DNA of 64,000 nucleotides from Candidatus Eiseniibacteriota bacterium (lineage in GTDB: Bacteria; Eisenbacteria; RBG-16-71-46), in the NCBI GenBank assembly GCA_963776245.1, contig CAVZLN010000006.1, positions 64,001 through 128,000 on the forward strand, given 5' to 3'. This document shows, piece after piece, positions 32,342 to 45,349 of this stretch (positions within the stretch are counted from its first letter, which is position 1; each line of letters starts with the position of its first letter). The notes below the pieces were generated by a model, which had not been told where the DNA came from, did no database searches, and saw only the letters and a list, made by a program, of their open reading frames with translations. The position numbers and the translations under genes were made by a program.

Positions 32342-33456
32342 ATGCGTGATCCGCGCAGTGCGAAGTTGGCCGAGGTGATCGTGCGCCATTCGGTGCGCGT
32401 GCAGCCCGGGGAGGCGGTGCTGGTCGAGGCGTTCGACGTCCGCGACGGTCTGGTGCTCGACCTGGTCGACGCGATCCACGACGCCCAGGGCATCCCGCTG
32501 GTGTTCCTGCGCGACAACGCCCTCAATCGCGCGCTCATGACGCGCGCCGACGAGGCGTACTTCAAGCTGCAGGGCGAGATCGAGCTGGCGCAGATGCAGA
32601 AGGCGCAGTGCTACGTGGCGATCCGCGGCGCCCACAACAGCAGCGAACTCGCGGACGTGCCGGGCGAGAAGATGGGGCTGTACACCCGGCTGGTCGCGCA
32701 GCCGGTGCACCTCACCTACCGCGTCAACCAGACCCGCTGGGTGGTGCTGCGCTACCCGACCGCCTCGATGGCGCAGATGGCGGGGATGAGCACCGACGCG
32801 TTCGAGGAGTTCTTCTACCGGGTGTGCACGCTCGACTACGCGCGCATGGCGGACGCCATGCAGCCGCTCAAGGCGCGCATGGACCGCACCGACGCCGTGC
32901 GCCTGAAGGGCCCCGGCACCGACCTGCGCTTCAGCATCCGCGGCATCGGCGCCGTCCCCTGCGAGGGCCGCCGCAACCTGCCCGACGGCGAGTGCTTCAC
33001 CGCCCCGGTGCTCGATTCGGTCGAGGGCACCATCGCCTTCAACACCCCGTCGCTCTACCTCGGCGTGACCTACAAGGACCTCGCGTTCACGTTCGAGCAC
33101 GGCCGCATCGTGAAGGCCACCGGCGATCCCCAGGACAAGCTGCTCGAACTGCTCGACACCGACGAGGGCGCGCGCCGCGTCGGCGAGTTCTCGCTCGGGT
33201 TCAATCCCTACGTGCTCCACCCGATGAAGGACACGCTGTTCGACGAGAAGATCGCCGGCTCGCTCCACTTCACGCCCGGACAGGCCTACACCATCGCCGA
33301 CAACGGGAACCGCTCCCAGATCCACTGGGACCTGGTGCTGATCCAGCGGCCGGAGTACGGCGGCGGCGAGATCTGGTTCGACGGCGAACTGGTGCGCAAG
33401 GACGGGCGCTTCGTCACGCCCGACCTCGAAGGACTGAATCCCGAGCGCCTGACCGC

Positions 33457-33460
<4 letters not shown>
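32342..33460 (+). CDS. M29-family aminopeptidase (AmpS/AmpT-like)
   Basis: NLPDGECFTAP, DEGARRVGEFSLG, LFDEKIAGSLH, SQIHWDLV. Confidence 0.9.
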
Positions 33461-35393
<1,933 letters not shown>

Positions 35394-35424
35394 GGCGCCC
35401 TCCCGGCGCCCCCCGCGCCACGCT

Positions 35425-35454
35425 TTGACGTCCGCCGGGCGCCGGCGCTAGTCT
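35425..35454 (+). promoter_or_regulatory. Putative sigma70 promoter giving a leaderless BMC-T transcript
   Basis: TTGACG-18 bp-TAGTCT, 6 nt before ATG 35461, with no SD sequence. Confidence 0.5.
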
Positions 35455-35460
35455 GCCGCC

Positions 35461-36103
35461 ATGGCCGACGTGACCCTGCGCACCTATATCTTCCTCGACG
35501 ACCTGCAGCCCCAGCTCGCCGCCTTCATCGGCACCACCGCGCGCGGCTTCCTGCCGGTGGCGGGCGTGGCCTCGATGTTCATCGAGACCGCGCCGGGGCT
35601 CATCATCAACCGCATCACCGACGTGGCCCTCAAGGCCACCAGCTGCACCCCCGCCATCATGGTGGTCGAGCGCGCCTTCGGACTGCTCGAGATCCACGAC
35701 CACGACAAGGGGCAGGTGCAGCTCGGCGGCGCAGGCGGTGCTCGACTACCTCGGGCTCCAGGAGCACGACCGCGTCAAGCCGCGCCTGGTCTCGGACCAG
35801 GTCATCCGCTCGGTCGAGTCCTACCACGCCCAGCTCATCAACAAGATCCGCTACGGCGACATGCTGCTGCCCGGCGAGTCCCTGTTGATCATCGAGACCG
35901 AGCCGGCGGGCTACATCGCCTTCGCGTGCAACGAGGCGGTGAAGGCGGCGCGCGTGAAGCTGCTCGACGCGCAACTGTTCGGCGCCTTCGGCCGCATGTA
36001 CCTGTCCGGCCCCGAAGCGCAGATCGACGCCGCCCGCGAAGCGGCCGTGCGCGCGCTGGAGACCATCAAGGGCGTGGCGGCGCCCAAGGGCGCGGGGCAC
36101 TAG
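35461..36103 (+). CDS. Bacterial microcompartment tandem-domain shell protein, BMC-T of the CsoS1D/CcmP-like permuted type (frameshift ~35725)
   Basis: [46 protein letters not shown], ETEPAGY...[17 protein letters not shown]. Strongly resembles Haliangium ochraceum BMC-T2. Confidence 0.9.
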
Positions 36104-36367
36104 AGGGCGTGGGCCACGGTTGACGCGGAGTTGCCCGGGTCTAGAACGAACCGGACGCCGCCGCTCGGAACTCCTCAGTGGAGACGCGCCGCGGGACGGC
36201 GACCACCGATCTTCGCCATGTCGGGCCATGCCAGACGTCGATTCCGCCCTTCCGAGGCGGTCCATTGGGGCGGGTCAAGCACAAGCCAGACCAAGCCAGG
36301 TTCTGGGTTATGCTGTCACCTACTGTCCGGCGCCTAGATCATCCGACACGGAAGGCGGTGCCACCTG

Positions 36368-36690
36368 GTGGACTTGAACTCCTGGACCGCTCTATTCACC
36401 GGAGTCACAGCGCTGGCGACCGCGCTAGCGGCTTGGGCGGCCTTGTACCCGCTGTACCGGAATCGCAAGGCACCGATTATCGCCTACGGCTTCGACGTCG
36501 ATCTTCGGAATAAGCACGCGCAGCCTACTCATGGGGCGTCCGGGTCGATTCTCCCGAACTGAAGCGGTTCAGTCCTCCGGATCTTCAACCCACGACTGGT
36601 GCCGATTACGGTGAATCAAGTCTACTTTCAAGCCCTAGCCTCTGACCAGTGTGCGCGAGGTCATCCTCCACGACACCGCATTCCGCGCTG
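36368..36690 (+). pseudogene. Disrupted hypothetical protein with N-terminal TM helix in a lower-GC patch
   Basis: ORF 36368-36562 (WTALFTGVTALATALAAWAALY). A plausible continuation (SVLRIFNPRLVPITVNQVYF) lies in another frame. End uncertain. Confidence 0.35.
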
Positions 36691-37050
36691 AGCCGGGGTG
36701 ACAGCACTTACACATCTATCGCAAGATGAGACCCGATCTTGTTCCGGATCGCACACAGGTCTTCCTCGTCGTTGAAGGCCTCGGCTGGATGCGCCGAGTT
36801 GATCAGCTCAAGGACCATGAAGGCGACTGGGGATCCTGCCAGCTCCCACCCCTCATTGAGCGGACGAAGTCGAATTGACTATGTTTTGGGCAGTTCGTCG
36901 TAGAGCTGCCACATGTGGGCTACCTCGCCGGCGAGCGGTGGTGCCTCGCCATCGCAAGGCTCAGGTGCCGGTCTTGCGTAGACTCCCTCGAGCTTCTCCG
37001 GGAGACAGCGCAGCGTACGTGCGTCGGCCGCTATCAAGCGAGGCCTCGCG

Positions 37051-38592
37051 ATGGAACTGGTGGGCAATCACCTCACGTTCGAGCTCGGGGACAGGTTTGC
37101 TTCCGGTGGGTTCGCGCACGTTCACCGGGGTATTCGCAAGGACACCGGCACTCCGGTCAGCGATCAAGGCTCGCGATGAGCTTCCCGCACCCAGAAGTGG
37201 CTGTCTTCCTTCGCTGAAGCTGAAGCCGCCACCGCAATCTCATCCGAACGCGTGGTGCGCGTCCCCTCGATTGGGGTGGCACACCCCCATTCATCGCGAT
37301 GGAGCTCGTTCGAGCCCCCACCCTGGCGGAGGAGATTCAGCGCAGAGGTGGCGCCGAAACACTCTGGAGTGAACGGGAGCTCGTTCCGCTCTGGATTGCG
37401 CTCAGCATCGGAATGGAAGACGTCAACGCAGCGCTCTGTGCACCGAGACCTCTCGCGCGCAATGTCTTCCTCGACGGCAGCACGCAGCAAGATCGCCGAT
37501 CCGTCCAAGCATGTGGACCAGAGCACTGGCAGGGTGACATTCGGGGAACCGGAACACACGCCTATGCTGCGCCGAGTGCATCGCTGGACGTCGTGCGGAA
37601 TTGGAAGGCCGATCAGTACTCCCTTGGCGTCCTCTTCTTGAACTCGCGACGCTCGCTGCCACTTCCCGGCGGCGACTCCGAGGTGCTCAGCCACCATCTG
37701 TACACGATCCCTCCGGCGGTTCGACCCATTCCCGCCACCACCCCTGCTCCGAGGCCCTTGCGACCGTGGTCGCCCGGATGCTCCGAACTCCGGACGATCG
37801 TTACCCAGCTGGGATGCCATGCATCGACGCCCTGCAGCTGCCGGAATCCCGTCAGCACAGCGACGCGAGAAGCCCTGGTGATCGCGAAGAGCGTGGCTGA
37901 ACAAATGGCCTCACTTCGAGCCGCAGCAGCGAAAGCGCAGCGACTCGAAGACGAACGCCAGCGACTGCTTCACGACCGTCAGCAACTCCTCAAGTACTGG
38001 GCCGCGAGGCTCCACCGAAGCGCTGCCGGAGTAGTTGATCAGGTGAACACTCATTTGAACGACAACGCCCTCCAGATTGGCAAGCTGCTCCCTCTTCCCA
38101 AGGGCGACTACATCCAATTCCGGATCACGTTCCTCGACAAACATATCGAGATCTTGCTTGCGACCTTGCCGAACAATGCCCCCGAGGATCCGCGCCTCTG
38201 GGGCTACGGAGCCATGCAGACATTTGGTCGCAGTTGGACATCGAACTTCCTCATGCGAAGTGACCCAGCGCCTTATGGAACGCTGTGGTCCATCGACTTG
38301 AGGCTGAATGCGCGGGCTGCGCAATCGACGCAGGGGCTCCTATGATCAAAAGGGTGGCAAGTACGCCCATCTGTGCGATGGCTATGTTCTGGCTATGGAT
38401 GCGGTTGCCATCGTCGCACAGCATGAGATCAAGAACTCCATGCATGTAGTGCAGTGGGAAGAGCAGCCCTGTGACTTCGATGCCTTGATCACCTCGACCC
38501 TCAAGGTGCTCGTTGAAGACGCCGCGATCCCCCGACCACCCGCGCAGCCGCGCGATGTCCGGCGCCGCTCACCGTTCGGCGACTTCCGCTAG
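37051..38592 (+). pseudogene. Hanks-type Ser/Thr protein kinase with unknown C-terminal domain, broken by many indels
   Basis: Kinase motifs occur in order across frames: ASGGFAHV, AIK, FAEAE, HPN/VVRV, FIAMELV, VHRDLS, RNVFL, KIAD, GTHAYAAP, ADQYSLGVL. Confidence 0.75.
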
Positions 38593-38667
38593 CCACGTCC
38601 CCGCTCCTCTGTATAGCCATCTACCCGCGAAGTCCAAACGACCACAACTAGGGGACCGCATCGCGTC

Positions 38668-39441
38668 TCAACTGGCTACGCTCCCCGTCATCCCCGCCAG
38701 CCAGCGGTCGATGATCACCTCGCTCACGGTCCGGCGGCGCAGCCAGGCGTCCTCGGCGCTGGCGTCCGCGGCGAACGCCTCGAGTTCCTCGCGCAGGCGG
38801 CCCAGCACCTCGGCGCCGGCGTCCGCCGAGAACCCGTACACGGCCCCCGAGGACTCGCGCACGCCGTCGCTCGTGATCAGGCGCAGTCCGAGGTACTCCC
38901 CGGGCTCGAACGCGTCGGAGAGATCGGGATCGGCCAGCGTGAGCGACTCACTCGGCTCGAGCGCGTCCCGCAGCGTGAGCGTGGCGCCCGGCGCGTCGTC
39001 CACCCGCTCGTAGAGCCGCAGCGGCTCGTCGCGCAATGCCTCGATCAACGCCCGCTGGTCGGCGGTGAGCGTGGCACCCTCGGCGCCCAGCACCAGATCC
39101 GCGACCCGGCGCTCCACCTTCTCGCCGCCCTCCTCCAGCTCGAGCGTGCCGTCGGCGAGCAGCCACTCGCCCACGTTCAGGTCGATCATCTCCTGCTCCC
39201 GCGCCCCGAGGTGGGCGATCCGCTCCTGCTCCTCATCGCCGAACGACGCGAAGTAGCCCTCCACCACCGCGGCCTCGTACTCCTTCGGGTGGCGCTGTTC
39301 CACCCAGTCGAGCGCCGCTTCCAGCCCCTGATAGCGGTGACGCTGCCGCGCCGCCTCGTCCTCGTGGCGGCGCAGGCAGCACTGCTTGTACTTCTTCCCG
39401 CTCCCGCACGGGCACGGGGCGTTCCGGATCAGACCGCTCAT
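38668..39441 (-). CDS. SEC-C metal-binding motif protein
   Basis: RNAPCPCGSGKKYKQCC at the N-terminus. AAGGA RBS. Confidence 0.85.
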   Translation of the reverse strand: MSGLIRNAPCPCGSGKKYKQCCLRRHEDEAARQRHRYQGLEAALDWVEQRHPKEYEAAVVEGYFASFGDEEQERIAHLGAREQEMIDLNVGEWLLADGTLELEEGGEKVERRVADLVLGAEGATLTADQRALIEALRDEPLRLYERVDDAPGATLTLRDALEPSESLTLADPDLSDAFEPGEYLGLRLITSDGVRESSGAVYGFSADAGAEVLGRLREELEAFAADASAEDAWLRRRTVSEVIIDRWLAGMTGSVAS

Positions 39442-39483
39442 GCAGCGTTCCTTCGTGTGGGGGACAGTGGCCGACGGGTCGCT

Positions 39484-39509
39484 AGAACAGCTCGCGCTGG
39501 GGCCACAGG
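39484..39509. repeat. 26-bp direct repeat, copy 1 (duplicate of the DUF72 3' end)
   Basis: AGAACAGCTCGCGCTGGGGCCACAGG matches 42273-42298 with one mismatch. Both copies encode LWPQRELF-stop on the minus strand. Confidence 0.85.
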
Positions 39510-39878
39510 TCCTGGTGCGGGAGACACCCCGCGCGCGACATCGCGGCCCTCCCTCGTGACGGCACCTGACACAAACCTGTGGAAGGCGGAGCGCATGCCC
39601 GCGCTGGCTCGCGCGGCCCAGGCGCTCCGGGACTCCGTGGGCTAGCACCTACTTCGCAGCTTGCCGAAGCGCGGTCAGGGAGTTCCGTCCAGCTGTAGGC
39701 CGTACCGATCATAGGCCCGCACCCCCGCCGCGCCCCACCGTCGTCGCGCCAGAAAGATAGCTGACCTGATAGTGAGAGAGGGATGCTATGATTTGAATAG
39801 AGTCTCGGAGATGTGTTCGCGTGGATGGCCGCTCCACGTCGAAGGAGGCGGTGCTCAGCGGCCGGATTGGAGCCGCCG

Positions 39879-41657
39879 ATGCTCTGCCTGAGCCCTTCGC
39901 CCCCCCGCCGACTCGAGCCATCACGCCACTTGCTGCTGGGGGCCGCGCTCGCCATCGCGCTTCTGTTGCCCGCCATGTACGCTGGCGTGGTCGACGCCCA
40001 GGCCCCTCGCACGCTTTCGTACCAAGGCGTGCTTGCCGACAGCAGCGGCACGCCGAGGCCCGATGGCGCCTACTTGTTCACCTTCAGACTCTATGTCTCG
40101 CCGTCGGGAGGCACCGCGATCTGGACGGAAGCGAAGACTTTGTCATTGAAGAATGGGCTGTTCCATACGGTCCTCGGCGACTTGACTCCTATCGACGCTT
40201 CGGTTGCGTTCGACAGACCATACTGGTTGGGATTCAGGTCGGGAGTTCCGCCGAGATGACTCCGCGGACTCCATTGTCCGCTGTGGGCTACAGCATCATG
40301 GCCCTTGGCGTTCCGGACAGCTCAATCCTCTCGAGGAAGATCGCGCTCGAGCAGGTCGTGCGGAGTCTGGGCGGACTCCAAGATGACGTCGCGATCCAAG
40401 TGACCGACGTGGCAACCCTGCTCAGGTCCAGCAAGGGCGAGATAGCCGGCTTGGGCCTGGTCGTTCGGTCACTCAACGGCCTTAGCGGCAACATCACGCT
40501 CCAGGGCGACAGTGGGACGACCGTGACTTCAAGCGGCAGCACAATCACGATCGGAAGTGCCCCGGGATCCGGAGTCCGGGAGATCCAGAACGCGGACGGC
40601 ATGCTGAGCATCACGAACCCGACTGGGCCGACGACGGGGGTCAACATCGCTCTGCCTCTCTGGCTGGAGAGTGAGACGACTGACCCTCTCATGACCGTGC
40701 AGCAAGATGGGTGGGGTCTAGGTGGCAGCTTTCACGTCAGCAATCCCAGCAATGACGCCCCGGCTCTCTGGGTCACGACCAGCGGAACTGGACCCGCGGC
40801 CATCTTCGAGAACACCAACGCGTCACTCTACAGTGGAGGTGCCGCCGTCTTCGAGGCCTCGGGTCGGGCCTTGTACGCTCACTCATTCAATGACTGTGCG
40901 GTCAACATCTCCTCCAATGCGACCGGCGGAATGGCCGCACTTCAGGTAGAACCCGGTCTGGGGGGCCACGCGGCCTATTTCGGAGGCTCGGTAAACATGA
41001 CGGGGGATTTCGGACGTCGGCGGAGACGCTTACGTCCTCGGAAACCTGGCAGTCGGAGGATTGATCTACGGAACCTTCGCTGGACCTGCACCCGCACTCA
41101 AGATCGATCACCCGCTCGAGCCGGCGACGAAGTACCTCGTGCAGGCCGCCGTCACAGGCCCGGACATGATGAATACGTACAATGGGAATGCCGTGCTGGA
41201 CGCGATGGGTGAAGCATGGGTAGGGCTTCCCGAGTACCTGGAGGCATTGGACGAGGACTTCCGCTACCAGTTGACCGCCATCGGAGCACCTGGACCCAAC
41301 CTCTACGTGGCCGATAAGGTCTCGAATCACCGCTTCCGGATCGCGGGGGGCACGCCGGGTCTCGAAGTATCGTGGCAGATCACCGGCATTCGAAAGGACC
41401 CGTGGGCGGTGGCCAACCGCCTCGTTCCTGAGGTCGAGAAGGCTGGTGCCGAGCAGGGCCGGTACCTGCACCCAGAGTTGTACGGGAGGCCTCCCGAGTC
41501 GGCAACCGGCTGGAAGATGGCGCGGGCTCAGCCGGCTCCGGCGGTGACGGAGCAGCCGCATGGTGTGAAGGCGCTTGAGGCAGAACTGATGAGGCGCGCG
41601 AAGACCCATCTGTCGTCCAGCCGCACGCGGGCGGCTCACCCGGCCGGCGGTAAGTGA
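39879..41657 (+). CDS. Secreted fibre/adhesin-like protein (frameshifts ~40230 and ~41010; alternative start GTG 39851)
   Basis: Signal peptide then QAPRTLSYQGVL...IWTE...GLFHTVLG...YWLGIQVG. VRSL(G/N)GL repeats, Gly/Ser-rich beta region, C-terminal KIDHPL...FRYQLT...VSWQITG domain. Confidence 0.65.
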
Positions 41658-41660
41658 GCG

Positions 41661-42221
41661 ATGCGGACCCTACGGATTATCCAGGCGGCCGTATTGCTGG
41701 CGACGTCTGGGCTCGGGCGAACAGCGTTCGCTTCCGAATCCCTCCCCTGGTCCTCGTTCGACCAGGGACTTGCCGCGGGCATTTCTGGCGGCGTCGCATG
41801 TGCCGGAATCACCGGTCAAGCCTTCGCGGGAACGACGGGCAATTCGGAAAGTTCGATCTCAGCAGGGTTCTTTGGGAACGCATCTGTCCGTGCGGTTGCT
41901 GTCACCGCGGTCCCGAGCGCACCTCTCGTAGGTGGCCAAGCAGCGCTGCTCTATCAGAACTTCCCGAACCCCTGTCGCCTATCGACCGTGATTCGCTTCC
42001 AACTGCCTCGCCCCGCGCACGTCAGCCTCAAGGTGTTCAGCGTTCAGGGCCAGAGGCAGGCAACATTGGTGAACGAGAATCGGACGGCTGGGCCATACGA
42101 GTTGGACTTTGGGATCGGGGCGCTTTCACCTGGCCTGTATTTCTATCGACTCGAGACCGTGGAAGTGGGGGCATCGGCAGCGCACCGAATTGAGACGAGG
42201 AAACTCGTGGTACTGAGGTAG
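41661..42221 (+). CDS. Small secreted protein with T9SS type-A/FlgD-like C-terminal domain
   Basis: LYQNFPNP...TVIRFQLP...VSLKVFSVQGQ...TLV...GLYFYRL...TRKLVVLR. Confidence 0.8.
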   Translation: MRTLRIIQAAVLLATSGLGRTAFASESLPWSSFDQGLAAGISGGVACAGITGQAFAGTTGNSESSISAGFFGNASVRAVAVTAVPSAPLVGGQAALLYQNFPNPCRLSTVIRFQLPRPAHVSLKVFSVQGQRQATLVNENRTAGPYELDFGIGALSPGLYFYRLETVEVGASAAHRIETRKLVVLR

Positions 42222-42270
42222 GACTCGAAATACATCCACCGACCGCAGTACCCTCGCGTGCCCCGGTCGC

Positions 42271-43068
42271 TCAGAACAGCTCGCGCTGCGGCCACAGGCT
42301 CTTCGGATCCACGACCGTGAGCCCGAGGCGCCGCTTCATCTCGTGGGCGCTGGCCGGCGAGTGTCCGGCCCAGTGGTTGTTGAAGTACCCGAACACCTCG
42401 CGCACCTCGGGCAGCACGCGCTCGAGGTCGCGCTCCCAGGCGTCGAAGGACTCGCCGCGCTCGATCTGGACGTGGGTGTAACGCCCGATCTCGCTCCGGT
42501 CGCCGAGCCAGCGCAGGTAGAGGAAGTCGGCGGTCACCTCGGTGACGCGCGGCAGATCGCGCCACTCGGTCCACGCCACCGCCACGTTGTGCTTGCGCAG
42601 CAGGTCCCAGATCGGGGCCGCGTGCCACGAGCGGTGGCGGAACTCGACCGCGATCCGCGTGTCTTCCGGACGGGCGGCGAGAAAACGTCCGAGCAGCCCC
42701 TCGGTGCCCGCGTCGCGGATGAACTCCGCGGGCAGTTGCACCAGCAGCGGGCCGAGCTTGGGGCCGAGCGGCTCGAGCGCCTTCACGAAGGCCTGCAGTT
42801 GCTCGCCCATCTTCGACAGCCGCGCCACGTGCGTGATGCTCTGCGGCACCTTGGCCGAGAACCGGAAGTGCGCGGGCACGCGCTTCTCCCACGAGCGCGC
42901 GATGGCGGCCTTGGGCGGGTGGTAAAACGTCGTGTCGCACTCGACGGTGTCGAACACCTTCGAGTAGAACGGCAGGTAGTCCTCCTGCTTCGCGTACGGC
43001 GGGTAGAAGCACCCGATCCAGTCGGGGTACGCCCACCCCTGCGTGCCGAGCCGGATGGTGGTGGCCAT
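42271..43068 (-). CDS. DUF72 (YecE-like) protein
   Basis: IRLGTQGWAY.DW...FYP, FDTVECDTTFY, FSAKVPQSITH, AVEFRH.SW, YFNNH..GHSP. Confidence 0.92.
   Translation of the reverse strand: MATTIRLGTQGWAYPDWIGCFYPPYAKQEDYLPFYSKVFDTVECDTTFYHPPKAAIARSWEKRVPAHFRFSAKVPQSITHVARLSKMGEQLQAFVKALEPLGPKLGPLLVQLPAEFIRDAGTEGLLGRFLAARPEDTRIAVEFRHRSWHAAPIWDLLRKHNVAVAWTEWRDLPRVTEVTADFLYLRWLGDRSEIGRYTHVQIERGESFDAWERDLERVLPEVREVFGYFNNHWAGHSPASAHEMKRRLGLTVVDPKSLWPQRELF
42273..42298. repeat. 26-bp direct repeat, copy 2 (within the DUF72 3' end)
   Basis: AGAACAGCTCGCGCTGCGGCCACAGG. Confidence 0.85.
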
Positions 43069-43069
43069 G

Positions 43070-43981
43070 CTAGCGGCCCTCCGGCGCCGCGTGGCGCTCG
43101 CCCGCGGGCACGCCGGGGCCGCGCCCCAGCAGCGCGCGATCGAAGAACGCCGCGAGTGCGCGCTCGTAGTCCGCGCGCCCGCGCAGCCAGCCCTGGTTGT
43201 GCCCCACGCCTTCCAGCAGCCACAGGGGGTCCTTGCCGCCCGCGGCGCTCCACAGCCGGCGCGCGTGCTCGGGCGAGAGCCGGTCATCCTCCAACCCGTG
43301 GATGAAGAACACCGGCCGGTCGCGCAATCGTGCCGCCCAGATCGTCACGTCGAATCCCCCCGGATCGAGCCCGGTCACCGCGCGCGCCAGCACCCGCGCC
43401 ACGCGCCCGCCCCAGCGCGGCATCCGCGCCCAGCGCTGCGAGGAGTCCTCCAGCGCCAGCGCGCCGTCGGCGAACGCGCCGTCCACCGCCACCGCGGACA
43501 CCCGAGGATCCGCCCCCGCGAGCCGCAGCGCCACCGCCCCGCCGAGCGACTCGCCGAACACCCCGATGCGGTGCCCCGCCAGCGCGGGCTCTCGCATCAT
43601 CCACGCCAGCGCCGCCTCGCCGTCGGCGATCTCGTGATGGCCGAGGGTGGTGGGCAGCCGCCGGCCGCGGCGCGAGGAGCGGAAGTCCACCGCCAGCACC
43701 GAGTAGCCGGCGGCGTGGAGGAAGCCCCCGTAGCGCCACATGCGGGAGTGCGTGCGGCCGTAGCCGTGCAGCAGCAGCACGGCGGCGCGCTCGCGGCCCT
43801 CGAGCCACCAGCCGTCGAGCGCGTCGTGGTCCTCGATCGGGATCAACACCCGGCGCGCCCGGCCATCGAGGTCGGGCGCGCCGCCGAGATCGGTCGGCAA
43901 CGGCGGGTACAGGGCGACCAGCGCGGCGCCGCCGGCGATGCCGGTCATCGCGGCCCCGCCGAGCAGCGCCAGCTCGAACAT
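43070..43981 (-). CDS. Alpha/beta hydrolase
   Basis: LLLHGY, GESLGG nucleophile elbow, IHGLEDD, GHN. Confidence 0.88.
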   Translation of the reverse strand: MFELALLGGAAMTGIAGGAALVALYPPLPTDLGGAPDLDGRARRVLIPIEDHDALDGWWLEGRERAAVLLLHGYGRTHSRMWRYGGFLHAAGYSVLAVDFRSSRRGRRLPTTLGHHEIADGEAALAWMMREPALAGHRIGVFGESLGGAVALRLAGADPRVSAVAVDGAFADGALALEDSSQRWARMPRWGGRVARVLARAVTGLDPGGFDVTIWAARLRDRPVFFIHGLEDDRLSPEHARRLWSAAGGKDPLWLLEGVGHNQGWLRGRADYERALAAFFDRALLGRGPGVPAGERHAAPEGR

Positions 43982-44006
43982 CGCCTGCCCTCCGTCGCGA
44001 TCGGCT

Positions 44007-45320
<1,314 letters not shown>

Positions 45321-45349
45321 GGGACACCTCCTCTTGGAAACGGGCCGCT

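Noticed and set aside
36104..36320. Possible tRNA or integron attC at the island's left edge (GTTATGC near 36307)
   Set aside because: No cloverleaf or T-loop, no matching inverse core site, and no integrase in the window.
39482..40051. 189-aa minus-strand ORF ending LWPQRELF as a second DUF72 gene
   Set aside because: Only the last eight residues match DUF72. The rest is non-coding or antisense sequence, so it is treated as a repeat scar.
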